Shown here: positions 24,293-32,000 of the stretch, in pieces
Position numbering within the stretch: the first letter of the stretch is position 1
Layout of the letters: each line of letters starts with the position of its first letter
NCBI RefSeq assembly: GCF_000148385.1
Contig: NC_014537.1
Span: 2,130,001 to 2,162,000, forward strand
Length of the DNA stretch: 32,000 nucleotides
Reading direction: 5' to 3'
DNA from: Vulcanisaeta distributa DSM 14429
GTDB taxonomy: Archaea; Thermoproteota; Thermoprotei; Thermoproteales; Thermocladiaceae
Program-made: the position numbers and the translations under genes
Notes under the pieces: generated by a model
The model's input: only the letters and a program-made list of their open reading frames with translations
Database searches by the model: none
What the model was told of the DNA's origin: nothing

Positions 24293-25196
24293 TCACCCTG
24301 ATAAAGGCCTCCTCCAAGGAAGGCTCATTAATCCTAATCCTACTTATCCTCAAGCCCCTTGCCTCAACATCGTTTATCACCCTACGAAGTGCATCAGCGG
24401 GGTTCGTGGTCTCCTCACGTATGGTCTCCACGCGACCATTAAGCTGGACCTCAACCTCAATCACATACTTCAACCCAAGCATATCCTTTATATCCCTCGG
24501 TGATCCCTCAATGATCATCCTACCATTATTTATTATACCAACCCTATCACAAACCTCCTCCACCTCCCAAAGATTGTGACTCGTAAAAAGCACAGCCTTA
24601 CCCTCCTTTCTCAGCCTCCTTACCAACTCCCTTACCTCCCTTGCTGAGATTGGGTCTAAGCCTATGGTTGGTTCATCAAGAAATAACACGGGCGGATCGT
24701 GAATTAATGCCCTGGCTATGGCAAGTCTAGCCCTCATACCAAGCGAGTACTCCTCATATGGCCTATTCATCGCGTTTTCAAGCCCAACAAGGTTCATCAA
24801 CTCCCTCGCCCTTGCCTCCGCCACTGACTTACTCAACCCATAAAGCCTTCCAAAGTAAACGAGGTTTTCATACCCACTAAGCCTCGAGTAAAATCCCTTG
24901 TCTGGGTAAAGAACAAGCCCTATGATGCCCCTAACAATACCTGCTTCTTTAACGACATCGTGTCCGTCAATCATGGCATAACCATCATCAGGGATTAATA
25001 AGGTGGCGAGTATCTTAACGGTGGTAGTCTTACCCGCGCCATTCGGGCCTAACAACCCATATACCTCACCCCACCTAACCCTAAAGGAAACACCCCTCAG
25101 TGCCTCGACTACAATCTTTCTTCTCCTTATGAAGCCAATACGTTCATAACTAATGAATCTTTTCCTGAGATTCGAAGCTACTATTGCATCGTTCAC
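24273..25196 (-). CDS. ABC transporter ATP-binding protein (ABC-2/DrrA-CcmA-like exporter ATPase)
   Basis: Walker A GPNGAGKTT, Q-loop/signature region YSLGMRARLAIARAL, Walker B VLFLDEPTIGLD, H-loop TSHNL. Confidence 0.9.
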   Translation of the reverse strand: MNDAIVASNLRKRFISYERIGFIRRRKIVVEALRGVSFRVRWGEVYGLLGPNGAGKTTTVKILATLLIPDDGYAMIDGHDVVKEAGIVRGIIGLVLYPDKGFYSRLSGYENLVYFGRLYGLSKSVAEARARELMNLVGLENAMNRPYEEYSLGMRARLAIARALIHDPPVLFLDEPTIGLDPISAREVRELVRRLRKEGKAVLFTSHNLWEVEEVCDRVGIINNGRMIIEGSPRDIKDMLGLKYVIEVEVQLNGRVETIREETTNPADALRRVINDVEARGLRISRIRINEPSLEEAFIRVIGDENG

Positions 25197-25322
25197 ACAA
25201 CCCTTAATGTAATAGCCCGAGTAATAAGGTTTTGCCGCGTATCACCCTCCAGCGAGGACTTAACAACCTACACTATCCTAAGGCATAAGGTTTATTAAGC
25301 CTGACATTTTTATGAGTGTCGA

Positions 25323-25835
25323 ATGAAAATACCGTTTTGCACCTTCTGCGTTAAGACCAGGGTGTTCTGCCCGAAGTGCCAGTCTTTGCTTGATAGCGGA
25401 GAGTACTCCATGCTTGATGTTGATGTTAGTGATGCATTGCTAAACATAGCCACTGGGAAGATGGAGGAGATACTGAAGAATGTCGAGTATGTTAAGTCCT
25501 ACGAAGTTGGTGACCTAATAATCGTGGTGCTTAAGGGCATAAAGTCTATTCCACGCGCAATAGTTCAGCAGATTGAGCATGATCTCGAGAGATCACTGAG
25601 TAAGAGGGTTAAGGTTGTTGAGAAGGGCGTTAATGTGAATGAGTTAGCAACGCAATTAGCATCACCTGCCCGGATACTCACGGTATCGACGTCCTGGCTC
25701 CCTGACGGCACTACGGAGACCGTGGTCAGGATAACAAAGAGTGAACTTAGGAGGCTACCATTTAAGCCGAGTGAGTTGGCTAAGGTTCTTAGTCAAATTA
25801 GCGGCACAAACATTAGGGTTGAAGTTACTAAGTAA
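25323..25835 (+). CDS. zinc-ribbon plus NusA/KH-like putative RNA-binding protein
   Basis: N-terminal CTFC..CPKC. The downstream segment ELATQLASPARILTVS resembles NusA-type KH motifs as I recall them. Assignment is tentative. Confidence 0.35.
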   Translation: MKIPFCTFCVKTRVFCPKCQSLLDSGEYSMLDVDVSDALLNIATGKMEEILKNVEYVKSYEVGDLIIVVLKGIKSIPRAIVQQIEHDLERSLSKRVKVVEKGVNVNELATQLASPARILTVSTSWLPDGTTETVVRITKSELRRLPFKPSELAKVLSQISGTNIRVEVTK

Positions 25836-25840
25836 TCACA

Positions 25841-25850
25841 ATTTTTAAAT
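25841..25850 (+). promoter_or_regulatory. TATA box ATTTTTAAAT for aspS
   Basis: Centre is 22 nt upstream of TTG 25867 and 28 nt upstream of GTG 25873. The geometry favours the GTG as a leaderless start. Confidence 0.45.
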
Positions 25851-25866
25851 CCCCAAAATCTACAAG

Positions 25867-27174
25867 TTGGTCGTGAGTTTTCCAAGGAAGACCCACTGGA
25901 CTAAAGACGTAACTCCTGAATTAGATGGTAAGGAGGTAATTCTAACGGGCTGGGTCTGGGACATTAGGGACCTCGGTAACATAAAGTTCATACTACTGAG
26001 GGATAGGGAGGGCATTATACAATTAACGGTGAAGAAGGGCGTTGCCCCGGAGGGTGTTTGGTCATTAACGCAGTCATTAGGTAGGGAAGACGCAATAGCC
26101 GTTAAGGGTGTCGTTAAGGCTAGTAAGATAGCCAGGGCAGGCGTTGAGGTCTTCCCAAGTGAAATCCACGTTGTGGCTAAATCGAAGGCATTGCCAATAG
26201 ATATATGGGGCTCGGTAGAGACCGACTTAGATACGAGGTTGAAGTACAGATCCATTGACCTTAAGAGACCCATTAACTCATTGATATTCAGGGTTGAGAG
26301 TGAGGTTACCCGCGCAATCCGTGAGACTCTCTATGGCCGTGGATTTATCGAGGTATTTACGCCTAAAATAATTGTTACAAGTACGGAGGGAGGCGCTGAG
26401 TTATTTACGGTGCAATACTTCGAAAGAGCCGCCTATCTAGCCCAGAGCCCGCAGCTCTATAAGGAGGAGTTAACGGCAAGCCTTGAGAGGGTCTTTGAGA
26501 TAGCCCCTGCCTATAGGGCTGAGAAGCATAACACGAATTATCACTTAAACGAGTTCATATCGGTGGACATCGAGGAGGCCTTCGCTAATTACATGGATGT
26601 AATGGACGTTCTCGAGGACGTGATAATCAGCGTTTACGAAAGGGTCAATAAGGTATTTAGTAATGAATTAGCTAAGTACGGCATAGAGATTAAGATTCCG
26701 AAGAAGCCGTTCAGGAGGATTACGTATGACGAAGCATTGGACATGCTGAGTAGGAGAGGTTTAAAGATTAATTGGGGAGATGACGTACCTAAGAATGGCT
26801 TAGAACTCCTGAGTGAGGAATTCAATGAACCATTCTTCATAATACACTTCCCAACGGACCTAAGGGCATTCTACACGAAGCCCCTCGACTCAGACCCAAA
26901 AATCAGCGAGTCATTTGACCTCGTTATAGGCGGCTTGGAAATAGCGTCAGGGAGTAGTAGAATTCACATTAAGGAGCAGTTAATAGAGGCATTAAGAAAG
27001 AGGGGGTTGAACCCTGAGAACTTCGAGAGTCACCTAATGGTTTATGATTATGGAATGCCACCACATGCTGGCTGGGGCATGGGGCTCTATAGGCTATTAA
27101 TGGTGCTGCTTAAGAGGGATAATATTCGTGAGGTCGTGCTATACCCAAGGGACAGATTCAGGCTTGAGCCATAG
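25867..27174 (+). CDS. aspS: aspartyl-tRNA synthetase, archaeal type
   Basis: N-terminal OB anticodon-binding domain. Class II motifs YLAQSPQLYKE, PAYRAEKHNTNYHLNEF, GGLEIASGSSRIH, GMPPHAGWGMGLYRL. Start is TTG 25867 or GTG 25873. Confidence 0.9.
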   Translation: MVVSFPRKTHWTKDVTPELDGKEVILTGWVWDIRDLGNIKFILLRDREGIIQLTVKKGVAPEGVWSLTQSLGREDAIAVKGVVKASKIARAGVEVFPSEIHVVAKSKALPIDIWGSVETDLDTRLKYRSIDLKRPINSLIFRVESEVTRAIRETLYGRGFIEVFTPKIIVTSTEGGAELFTVQYFERAAYLAQSPQLYKEELTASLERVFEIAPAYRAEKHNTNYHLNEFISVDIEEAFANYMDVMDVLEDVIISVYERVNKVFSNELAKYGIEIKIPKKPFRRITYDEALDMLSRRGLKINWGDDVPKNGLELLSEEFNEPFFIIHFPTDLRAFYTKPLDSDPKISESFDLVIGGLEIASGSSRIHIKEQLIEALRKRGLNPENFESHLMVYDYGMPPHAGWGMGLYRLLMVLLKRDNIREVVLYPRDRFRLEP

Positions 27175-28152
27175 CTATATTATCTTCCTCTTCCCAAATA
27201 TCCTAATTGTTAGACGTGGATTTACATGCATTACATAATTCATATATTTGTGATTTGGCACCATAAATTCACCATTATTTGATCGAGAAGGTGCATAATC
27301 ATAGATCATTATTAAATGAATTGAATGAGGCCCATCCCTTACATCGAATTTGTTTATTTCTATGTTAAGCGATAGTATTGACATTGCCAGTAATATCCAG
27401 GCCGCTGGATTTGTTGGTAATCGCTGTATTGGCAATGATGTGATCAATGAGCTCATGGTCTCCACAGAGGACGTTAACGAGGTCTCAACAGGACCTATCT
27501 GCTTAATAGATTCGGCATATAATGTATAGGGTATTACATTACCAACCAACGCCAATATTAATGGGTAGTAGAGATAATTAGGGGTTAGGGCTAATGTTGG
27601 AGGACCCCGTATTACTAAGTATGAAATTGTGAGGGTACCAAGTGATTGACCAAATACGAAATTAATAATATCAATATCACTAATCCTCGTGAGGGCTATG
27701 GTGTATACGAGGTTTAGGGCCATGAGTAATAACGCCACGTATAGGGAATCGCCATAACCCTGGAACAATAGGTATAGGGCTCCGAGTAAGGTAATTGCCG
27801 ACACTACATACCTCACGTTGATATTCCTATTATTAATATAATCAAGTATTATTAGCGGTATTATATAGCTTGAACTTACGAAGGCTGTTAATCCACCGAC
27901 GCCACCCGATAAGTCTGTGTATAAGTAGACAATTGCATAATTGATTGGTGATAATAGTAAGCCCTTAATTATTGATTTCTCATCATAACCATGAAGTAAT
28001 ATTACCATGAGAAGTAGTGCCGTGGAGAATAGGTAACTTAGGGTTATTAACTCGTTAATACGAAATAGCCGTAGGGCTAGGTAGGTGATTGGGTACGAAA
28101 TTCCCCATAGAGCTGAGGCGAGCATTGCCAATGCTAAGTACCGCTTGGTCAT
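27175..28152 (-). CDS. DMT/EamA-family transporter
   Basis: MLASALWGISYPITYLAL start and about 9-10 hydrophobic segments, typical of EamA proteins. It has a roughly 60-aa non-hydrophobic C-terminal extension. Confidence 0.65.
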   Translation of the reverse strand: MTKRYLALAMLASALWGISYPITYLALRLFRINELITLSYLFSTALLLMVILLHGYDEKSIIKGLLLSPINYAIVYLYTDLSGGVGGLTAFVSSSYIIPLIILDYINNRNINVRYVVSAITLLGALYLLFQGYGDSLYVALLLMALNLVYTIALTRISDIDIINFVFGQSLGTLTISYLVIRGPPTLALTPNYLYYPLILALVGNVIPYTLYAESIKQIGPVETSLTSSVETMSSLITSLPIQRLPTNPAAWILLAMSILSLNIEINKFDVRDGPHSIHLIMIYDYAPSRSNNGEFMVPNHKYMNYVMHVNPRLTIRIFGKRKII

Positions 28153-28348
28153 AGGACATCACCGGGGATTTATGGTTTAAGGAAGAGAGCAAAACTTTCG
28201 CTGTACTTGATAATTAAAAATCTTTCTAAATCAATTTCTTAGAATTCTGTAAGTAACTCGGCAAGTTATTCCTAATGCCTCACCGGATTATTTAACTAAT
28301 GTTTCAGCTAGGATTATATGATGGGTTTTAGTAATGCGTGGTGCTTTA

Positions 28349-29731
28349 TTATCTACGGTCTGCCGCCTTATCAAGCGCATGTACTGATAATCCCTTGGTC
28401 TCAACACCGAATATGAACCATGCCAATGCCGCCAGGAAACCCACTATGTAAAGTATTAAGTTTGAGAGTAGGTATACGTAGGTGTTTGCTGAGGCTAGTA
28501 GGTAGTAAATGAGAAGCACATACATAATCCACGCAATGAGCCTAACAATGCCAACCCAGGTAGCCCTATTCCTGGTTGGGTATAGTTCAGGTTCTAGGAG
28601 GACCCTAACCGCCCAACCAAATTCACTGAATATCATGTTTAGGAATAGTAATGTATAGAATATTGTTAAAGATGACGCTAAGGCGCTTCCAATCATTACA
28701 CCGTATATTATGAATATCGGTATCATGGTCAATAACCCACCCAGGAATGAAATTAGGGTGAAGGTCTTTCTACTTAACCTATCAATAACTAACCCAATTA
28801 AACCAGCAATTGAGGCACCCACATTAGCCCATAGCAATACCTGAGTAGCCAACACCTCATTGTTTGAGAATGGTAATGAGGGTAAGTAAACGATGTAGAA
28901 GGCCATTAACCCATAAGTCGCTAATTGGGATATGCCGAGGAGTGATAGCACCAATGTCCTGAACCACAGCGGTGGAAATCTAACGCTCTGCCTAGGACCT
29001 TCAGTTAGGGTGTATGATAGGCCGTACTCATTGGCTATCCTCTCAGCCTCGTGAACCCTGCCCCTAACGATGAGCCACCTAACCGATTCAGGTGTTACTA
29101 ACCTAATGATTATCGCCGCTATCAGGACAATTATTGCGGAACCAATCATAGTCCAGGTGGCAGATAACTGGGTACCCCTCATTAGCGCCAATAATAGTAT
29201 TGCAGATGCTATAGCTGCACCTATGTTGTCAAAGTTCGTTATTAAGACGAGCATAGAGCCCCTATAATTATACGGCATCAACTCAGTGGCTGCCGCAAGT
29301 GCTGGAGGCTCCTCACCACCAACACCTATCTCGGCGAGTATGTACGATATTATGAATGGTATGAAGGCCTCCGATGCAGGTATTACATTTGATAGGAGTA
29401 TTGATAACCCCATGCCTATTAATCCAATTGTGTATAGGCTCATCGTATAGACATATATGCCCCTCCTACCAACAATGTCCGCCAACCTACCCATGAGCAC
29501 ATTACCAATCATTAAGGATATTGGCCCAAGGACTACAGAGATGGGCACTAAGAACTTAGGTATGTATTTGGAGAAGTAATAAATCGACATAACACCACTC
29601 GTAGTTACAAATCCCCATATCAAGAACGTGAGCGAATAGCTAAAGAACATGACATAGTGAATTCCCGATAACCTTAGGTTCTTCGTAGCTTCACCCATAC
29701 TAATCACTCTGTTATTATTTGCCAATAACAC
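28349..29731 (-). CDS. MFS transporter
   Basis: About 12 hydrophobic segments with the MFS motif GRLADIVGRRG. The track start is GTG 29731; ATG 29698 (MGEATKN..) is a plausible alternative. Confidence 0.8.
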   Translation of the reverse strand: MLLANNNRVISMGEATKNLRLSGIHYVMFFSYSLTFLIWGFVTTSGVMSIYYFSKYIPKFLVPISVVLGPISLMIGNVLMGRLADIVGRRGIYVYTMSLYTIGLIGMGLSILLSNVIPASEAFIPFIISYILAEIGVGGEEPPALAAATELMPYNYRGSMLVLITNFDNIGAAIASAILLLALMRGTQLSATWTMIGSAIIVLIAAIIIRLVTPESVRWLIVRGRVHEAERIANEYGLSYTLTEGPRQSVRFPPLWFRTLVLSLLGISQLATYGLMAFYIVYLPSLPFSNNEVLATQVLLWANVGASIAGLIGLVIDRLSRKTFTLISFLGGLLTMIPIFIIYGVMIGSALASSLTIFYTLLFLNMIFSEFGWAVRVLLEPELYPTRNRATWVGIVRLIAWIMYVLLIYYLLASANTYVYLLSNLILYIVGFLAALAWFIFGVETKGLSVHALDKAADRR

Positions 29732-29856
29732 ATTTATTTTTAAAGATTACTCGAGAGTACAATTACTTAGATTAGCGATGAAGAACCGATGAATACACGG
29801 TCAGGGAGAGCACTTATGATTAATAGAAACAGAAATAAATGATTGAGAGCTTGGCC

Positions 29857-30498
29857 TTATTCCTCCTCGGCTTCCTGTGGCATTTCTATGTTCAGTTTCT
29901 TAAACCAACCCATGTAATAGTTCTTAATCTTATCCCTAACCTCCTCGAAGTGCTTTGGCATATCAACAGGATCTAAACCCTTAGCCAAGTACTGAGAGAA
30001 GCGAGCCTTATATAACGCCTCGTTCTCACCCTTAAGCTTCTCCGCATACTCAGCAATATGCTTACCACTTATTCTATCCTCATCGGGGAGTACCTCCTCA
30101 CCATGGGGCACCTCGAGACCTGCATCAAGGGCACCCTTAAGCACTGCGAAGACGCGGGCACCCTTAGTTGGCCTGTGAAGCCCAATGTCAAGTATCGCCT
30201 TCTTAACGCCCTTAAGTAACGCCTTATAACCAACTATTAAACCTACGAGGTACGCACTCGAAGTATTCTTCAAGCCTCCCTTCCAACCAAAACCTACTAA
30301 TTCCTTAGACGTGGCGCTCACGATAACCTCATCACCCACTACCCTAGCCACAACGACCTGGGCGATTATGTACTTATTTGTCCTCCTAACGACAAGCCTA
30401 GGCAAGCCACTCTTAATCATCTCCCTACGCTTATAGTAATTCGTCTTACCCTCCCTCCTACGCCTAAACTTAACCTTATAACGACCACTCCTCGCCAT
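29857..30498 (-). CDS. rpl18: 50S ribosomal protein uL18 (L18p/L5e)
   Basis: [25 protein letters not shown].. N-terminus and overall archaeal L18/L5e pattern. Confidence 0.9.
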   Translation of the reverse strand: MARSGRYKVKFRRRREGKTNYYKRREMIKSGLPRLVVRRTNKYIIAQVVVARVVGDEVIVSATSKELVGFGWKGGLKNTSSAYLVGLIVGYKALLKGVKKAILDIGLHRPTKGARVFAVLKGALDAGLEVPHGEEVLPDEDRISGKHIAEYAEKLKGENEALYKARFSQYLAKGLDPVDMPKHFEEVRDKIKNYYMGWFKKLNIEMPQEAEEE

Positions 30499-30522
30499 GC
30501 TCGCAAACCAAGAAGATAATCG

Positions 30523-30532
30523 CTTAATAAGT
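30523..30532 (-). promoter_or_regulatory. TATA-like box (minus strand ACTTATTAAG) for rpl18
   Basis: Centred about 29 nt upstream of ATG 30498, in the 62-nt spacer after rpl19e. Confidence 0.45.
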
Positions 30533-30560
30533 ATTTCTTAGGATGGAGAAAGGGGAGACG

Positions 30561-31010
30561 TTATCGCTGCTGCTTAATTAGGTTATTACTAATTAGGTAT
30601 GCCCTGAGCGACGACACGCTATCAAACCTACCACCCTTAACCTGCAGGTAAAGCTCCCTCCAGGTCTTTGCATCAATCAACCCCCTCCTCTTTAGCGAGT
30701 TTAAGTACCTCCTTAATGCCCTAACCTTATTAACCCAAGCCTCCTTAGGATCAAGCCTAGCGTACTTACTACCCCTCCTACTACCAACACCCCTCCTCCT
30801 ACCCTTCCTCCTCTTCTCATGCAGCTCGCGCCACCTACCCCTACTAACACCCTTGGCATACTCAGCGTATATCAAGCCCTCCTTAATCAAAGCCCTAACA
30901 TCAGCCTTAGTGGTAACCTCCTCAAGCCTATCAAGAGCCTCAGGGCTAATCCTAACCCGTGATTCACCAACACCAAGTACCTCAGCAGCCAACCTCTTAA
31001 CGTCAACCAT
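30561..31010 (-). CDS. rpl19e: 50S ribosomal protein eL19 (L19e)
   Basis: VDVKRLAAEVLGVGESRVRISPEALDRLEE..TKADVRALIKEGLI and an Arg/Lys-rich middle. I prefer ATG 31010; the track starts at TTG 31013. Confidence 0.9.
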   Translation of the reverse strand: MVDVKRLAAEVLGVGESRVRISPEALDRLEEVTTKADVRALIKEGLIYAEYAKGVSRGRWRELHEKRRKGRRRGVGSRRGSKYARLDPKEAWVNKVRALRRYLNSLKRRGLIDAKTWRELYLQVKGGRFDSVSSLRAYLISNNLIKQQR

Positions 31011-31032
31011 CAATGGCTTGCTGCAAATGCTG

Positions 31033-31040
31033 TTTTTAAG
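31033..31040 (-). promoter_or_regulatory. TATA box (minus strand CTTAAAAA) for rpl19e
   Basis: Centred about 27 nt upstream of ATG 31010. Confidence 0.45.
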
Positions 31041-31173
31041 TGTTTACTCAACGCACCTGCCCCATACTCTAATATACCGCATGACGTACAACACCAAGTT
31101 AGGCGATCTTAACTGGGTATTTTCTTGGGATTATTTATCCAGTATACCGTTGTGAGAATAAATAATGTTAATG

Positions 31174-31183
31174 CTTAAATATT
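31174..31183 (+). promoter_or_regulatory. TATA box CTTAAATATT for the 31205 gene
   Basis: Centred about 27 nt upstream of ATG 31205. This supports that ATG rather than GTG 31193. Confidence 0.4.
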
Positions 31184-31204
31184 GATGATGCGGTGTTTAG
31201 TGGT

Positions 31205-31804
31205 ATGTCAAGTATTTTGGGGTTGACGATAACCTTTTGGGCTGTTTACTCCACAAATATTGACTTATCATCATTTCTAGAAAGGCTTGTTGGGCTTGGG
31301 TACTCCGTCGGTAAGGTATATACGATACCCGGCGGTGATTATTATATTGAGTATTTAAGCGATGGTTCGTTGGCGAGGAAGAGCACTAACGAGGGTTCAA
31401 TAAGGATAATCTATGATAGCGGTAGGAAGGCGCTGGGGGTCATTGCACCCAATAGGGATTTGAGCGTCGTTGGTCTTGCCGAGTTTTATAGGGCCCTAAG
31501 TGAGGCTAAGATACCGGAGCCTCCAATAACGGAATTATTCATTAGCTATACGGATAACCTGCAGATATGCCCCACCAGGTCTTTGAAGTACATGAACATG
31601 GAATTGAGTGAGCGTGGGACCACACTGCTTTGGGGTGAGCCTCAGGGTAAGTCCATGTACGTAATGATAACGCCAGTATCAAGTGAGAGGAGCCTAATAA
31701 TGATTGGGGCTAGGGGCGAGTGGGGATTTACAATAGGCATCCTTAGGAACATAAATGAATTATTCCTGGAGGTGAGGAAATTTAACTGTAAGGGCGGAGG
31801 TTAA
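31205..31804 (+). CDS. hypothetical protein (about 199 aa), no recognisable motif
   Basis: Long ORF with normal codon usage and a promoter-like box at the right distance. The N-terminus is mildly hydrophobic. Confidence 0.5.
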   Translation: MSSILGLTITFWAVYSTNIDLSSFLERLVGLGYSVGKVYTIPGGDYYIEYLSDGSLARKSTNEGSIRIIYDSGRKALGVIAPNRDLSVVGLAEFYRALSEAKIPEPPITELFISYTDNLQICPTRSLKYMNMELSERGTTLLWGEPQGKSMYVMITPVSSERSLIMIGARGEWGFTIGILRNINELFLEVRKFNCKGGG

Positions 31805-31807
31805 TGG

Positions 31808-32000
31808 TTAATAACCCAAGGCATCCCTGTAGCACTCAATGATCGCGTCTTTAGGATCACCCTCATATCTAAGTTGTAAGCCATACTTACTTAGTAATTC
31901 GCTAAGTAGTTTCAATGCCGCGGAGACGGCATTGAGCGCCTCATTGCTCACGGGTTTAAATGGTTCCGTGTTCCCAGGGCCTATAGCAACTACGTAAGCA
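31808..32000 (-). CDS. hypothetical protein, C-terminal 63 codons; 5' end outside window
   Basis: My own translation of the minus strand from 31999 is open to TAA (31808-31810): AYVVAIGPGNTEPFKPVSNEALNAVSAALKLLSELLSKYGLQLRYEGDPKDAIIECYRDALGY. It is not in the ORF track because no start lies in the window. Confidence 0.4.
   Translation of the reverse strand, partial: AYVVAIGPGNTEPFKPVSNEALNAVSAALKLLSELLSKYGLQLRYEGDPKDAIIECYRDALGY

Noticed and set aside
23922-24503. 193-aa plus-strand ORF
   Set aside because: Antisense to the ABC permease/ATPase junction. No motifs and a shadow-frame composition.
25860-26273. 137-aa minus-strand ORF
   Set aside because: Antisense to the 5' part of aspS, which is unambiguous.
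27178-27372. About 65-aa non-hydrophobic C-terminal extension of the DMT/EamA transporter, ending flush against the aspS stop
   Set aside because: It has no motif and no independent start or promoter, and it is AT-rich. It may be a genuine tail or a lineage-specific read-on; I see nothing testable by eye.
29732-29856. 125-nt spacer between rpl18 and the MFS gene, examined for small RNAs (GATGAAG, ATGATTA, ATGATTGA strings)
   Set aside because: It has no proper RUGAUGA/CUGA arrangement on either strand. The A/T box at 29734-29748 is better explained as the MFS promoter.
31181-31260. TTGATGA C-box-like string suggesting a second C/D sRNA
   Set aside because: No CTGA D or D' box follows at 12-nt spacing. 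The string sits between the TATA box and the start codon of the 31205 gene. A similar ATGATGG at about 28317 also lacks D boxes.
1-32000. Mobile elements, CRISPR arrays, tRNA/rRNA genes, long direct or tandem DNA repeats
   Set aside because: I found no spaced direct repeats and no transposase- or integrase-like ORFs. I also found no GC-rich cloverleaf-sized intergenic segments; the longest non-coding gaps are under 200 nt and AT-rich.

Overview
Gene-dense (about 90% coding) core-chromosome window. By inference it comes from a hyperthermophilic crenarchaeon of the Thermoproteales type. Support: eL19/uL18, aIF-1A, SRP54, archaeal-type AspRS, mevalonate kinase, AGG/ATA-rich codon usage, and A/T-box promoters centred about 27 nt upstream of many start codons. 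I call 32 CDS (two partial at the window edges), one C/D box sRNA candidate absent from the ORF track, and several promoter, Shine-Dalgarno and terminator sites. I found no CRISPR array, transposase, integrase, tRNA or rRNA. Second-look items, in window order: (1) an operon at 1-6652 joining a ferredoxin-oxidoreductase gamma/IorB-like gene, a 1130-aa HdrA-HdrA-ferredoxin-MvhD fusion, a soluble HdrD-like CCG protein and EtfA/EtfB; it may be an uncharacterised flavin-based electron-bifurcating module in a non-methanogen. (2) A KaiC/RecA-type ATPase (11539-12585) with extremely Tyr/Gln/Asn-rich, prion-like tails at both ends. (3) A canonical 50-nt C/D box sRNA candidate at 17257-17306. (4) A promoter plus start-region cassette shared by an MFS gene and a degenerate IorA-like gene, and a perfect 24-bp palindrome at 17657-17680. 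(5) A 1121-aa membrane-anchored protein with about 39 N-glycosylation sequons and an HExxH gluzincin-like motif (19378-22743). All functional calls rest on motif recognition by eye. No database search was possible.
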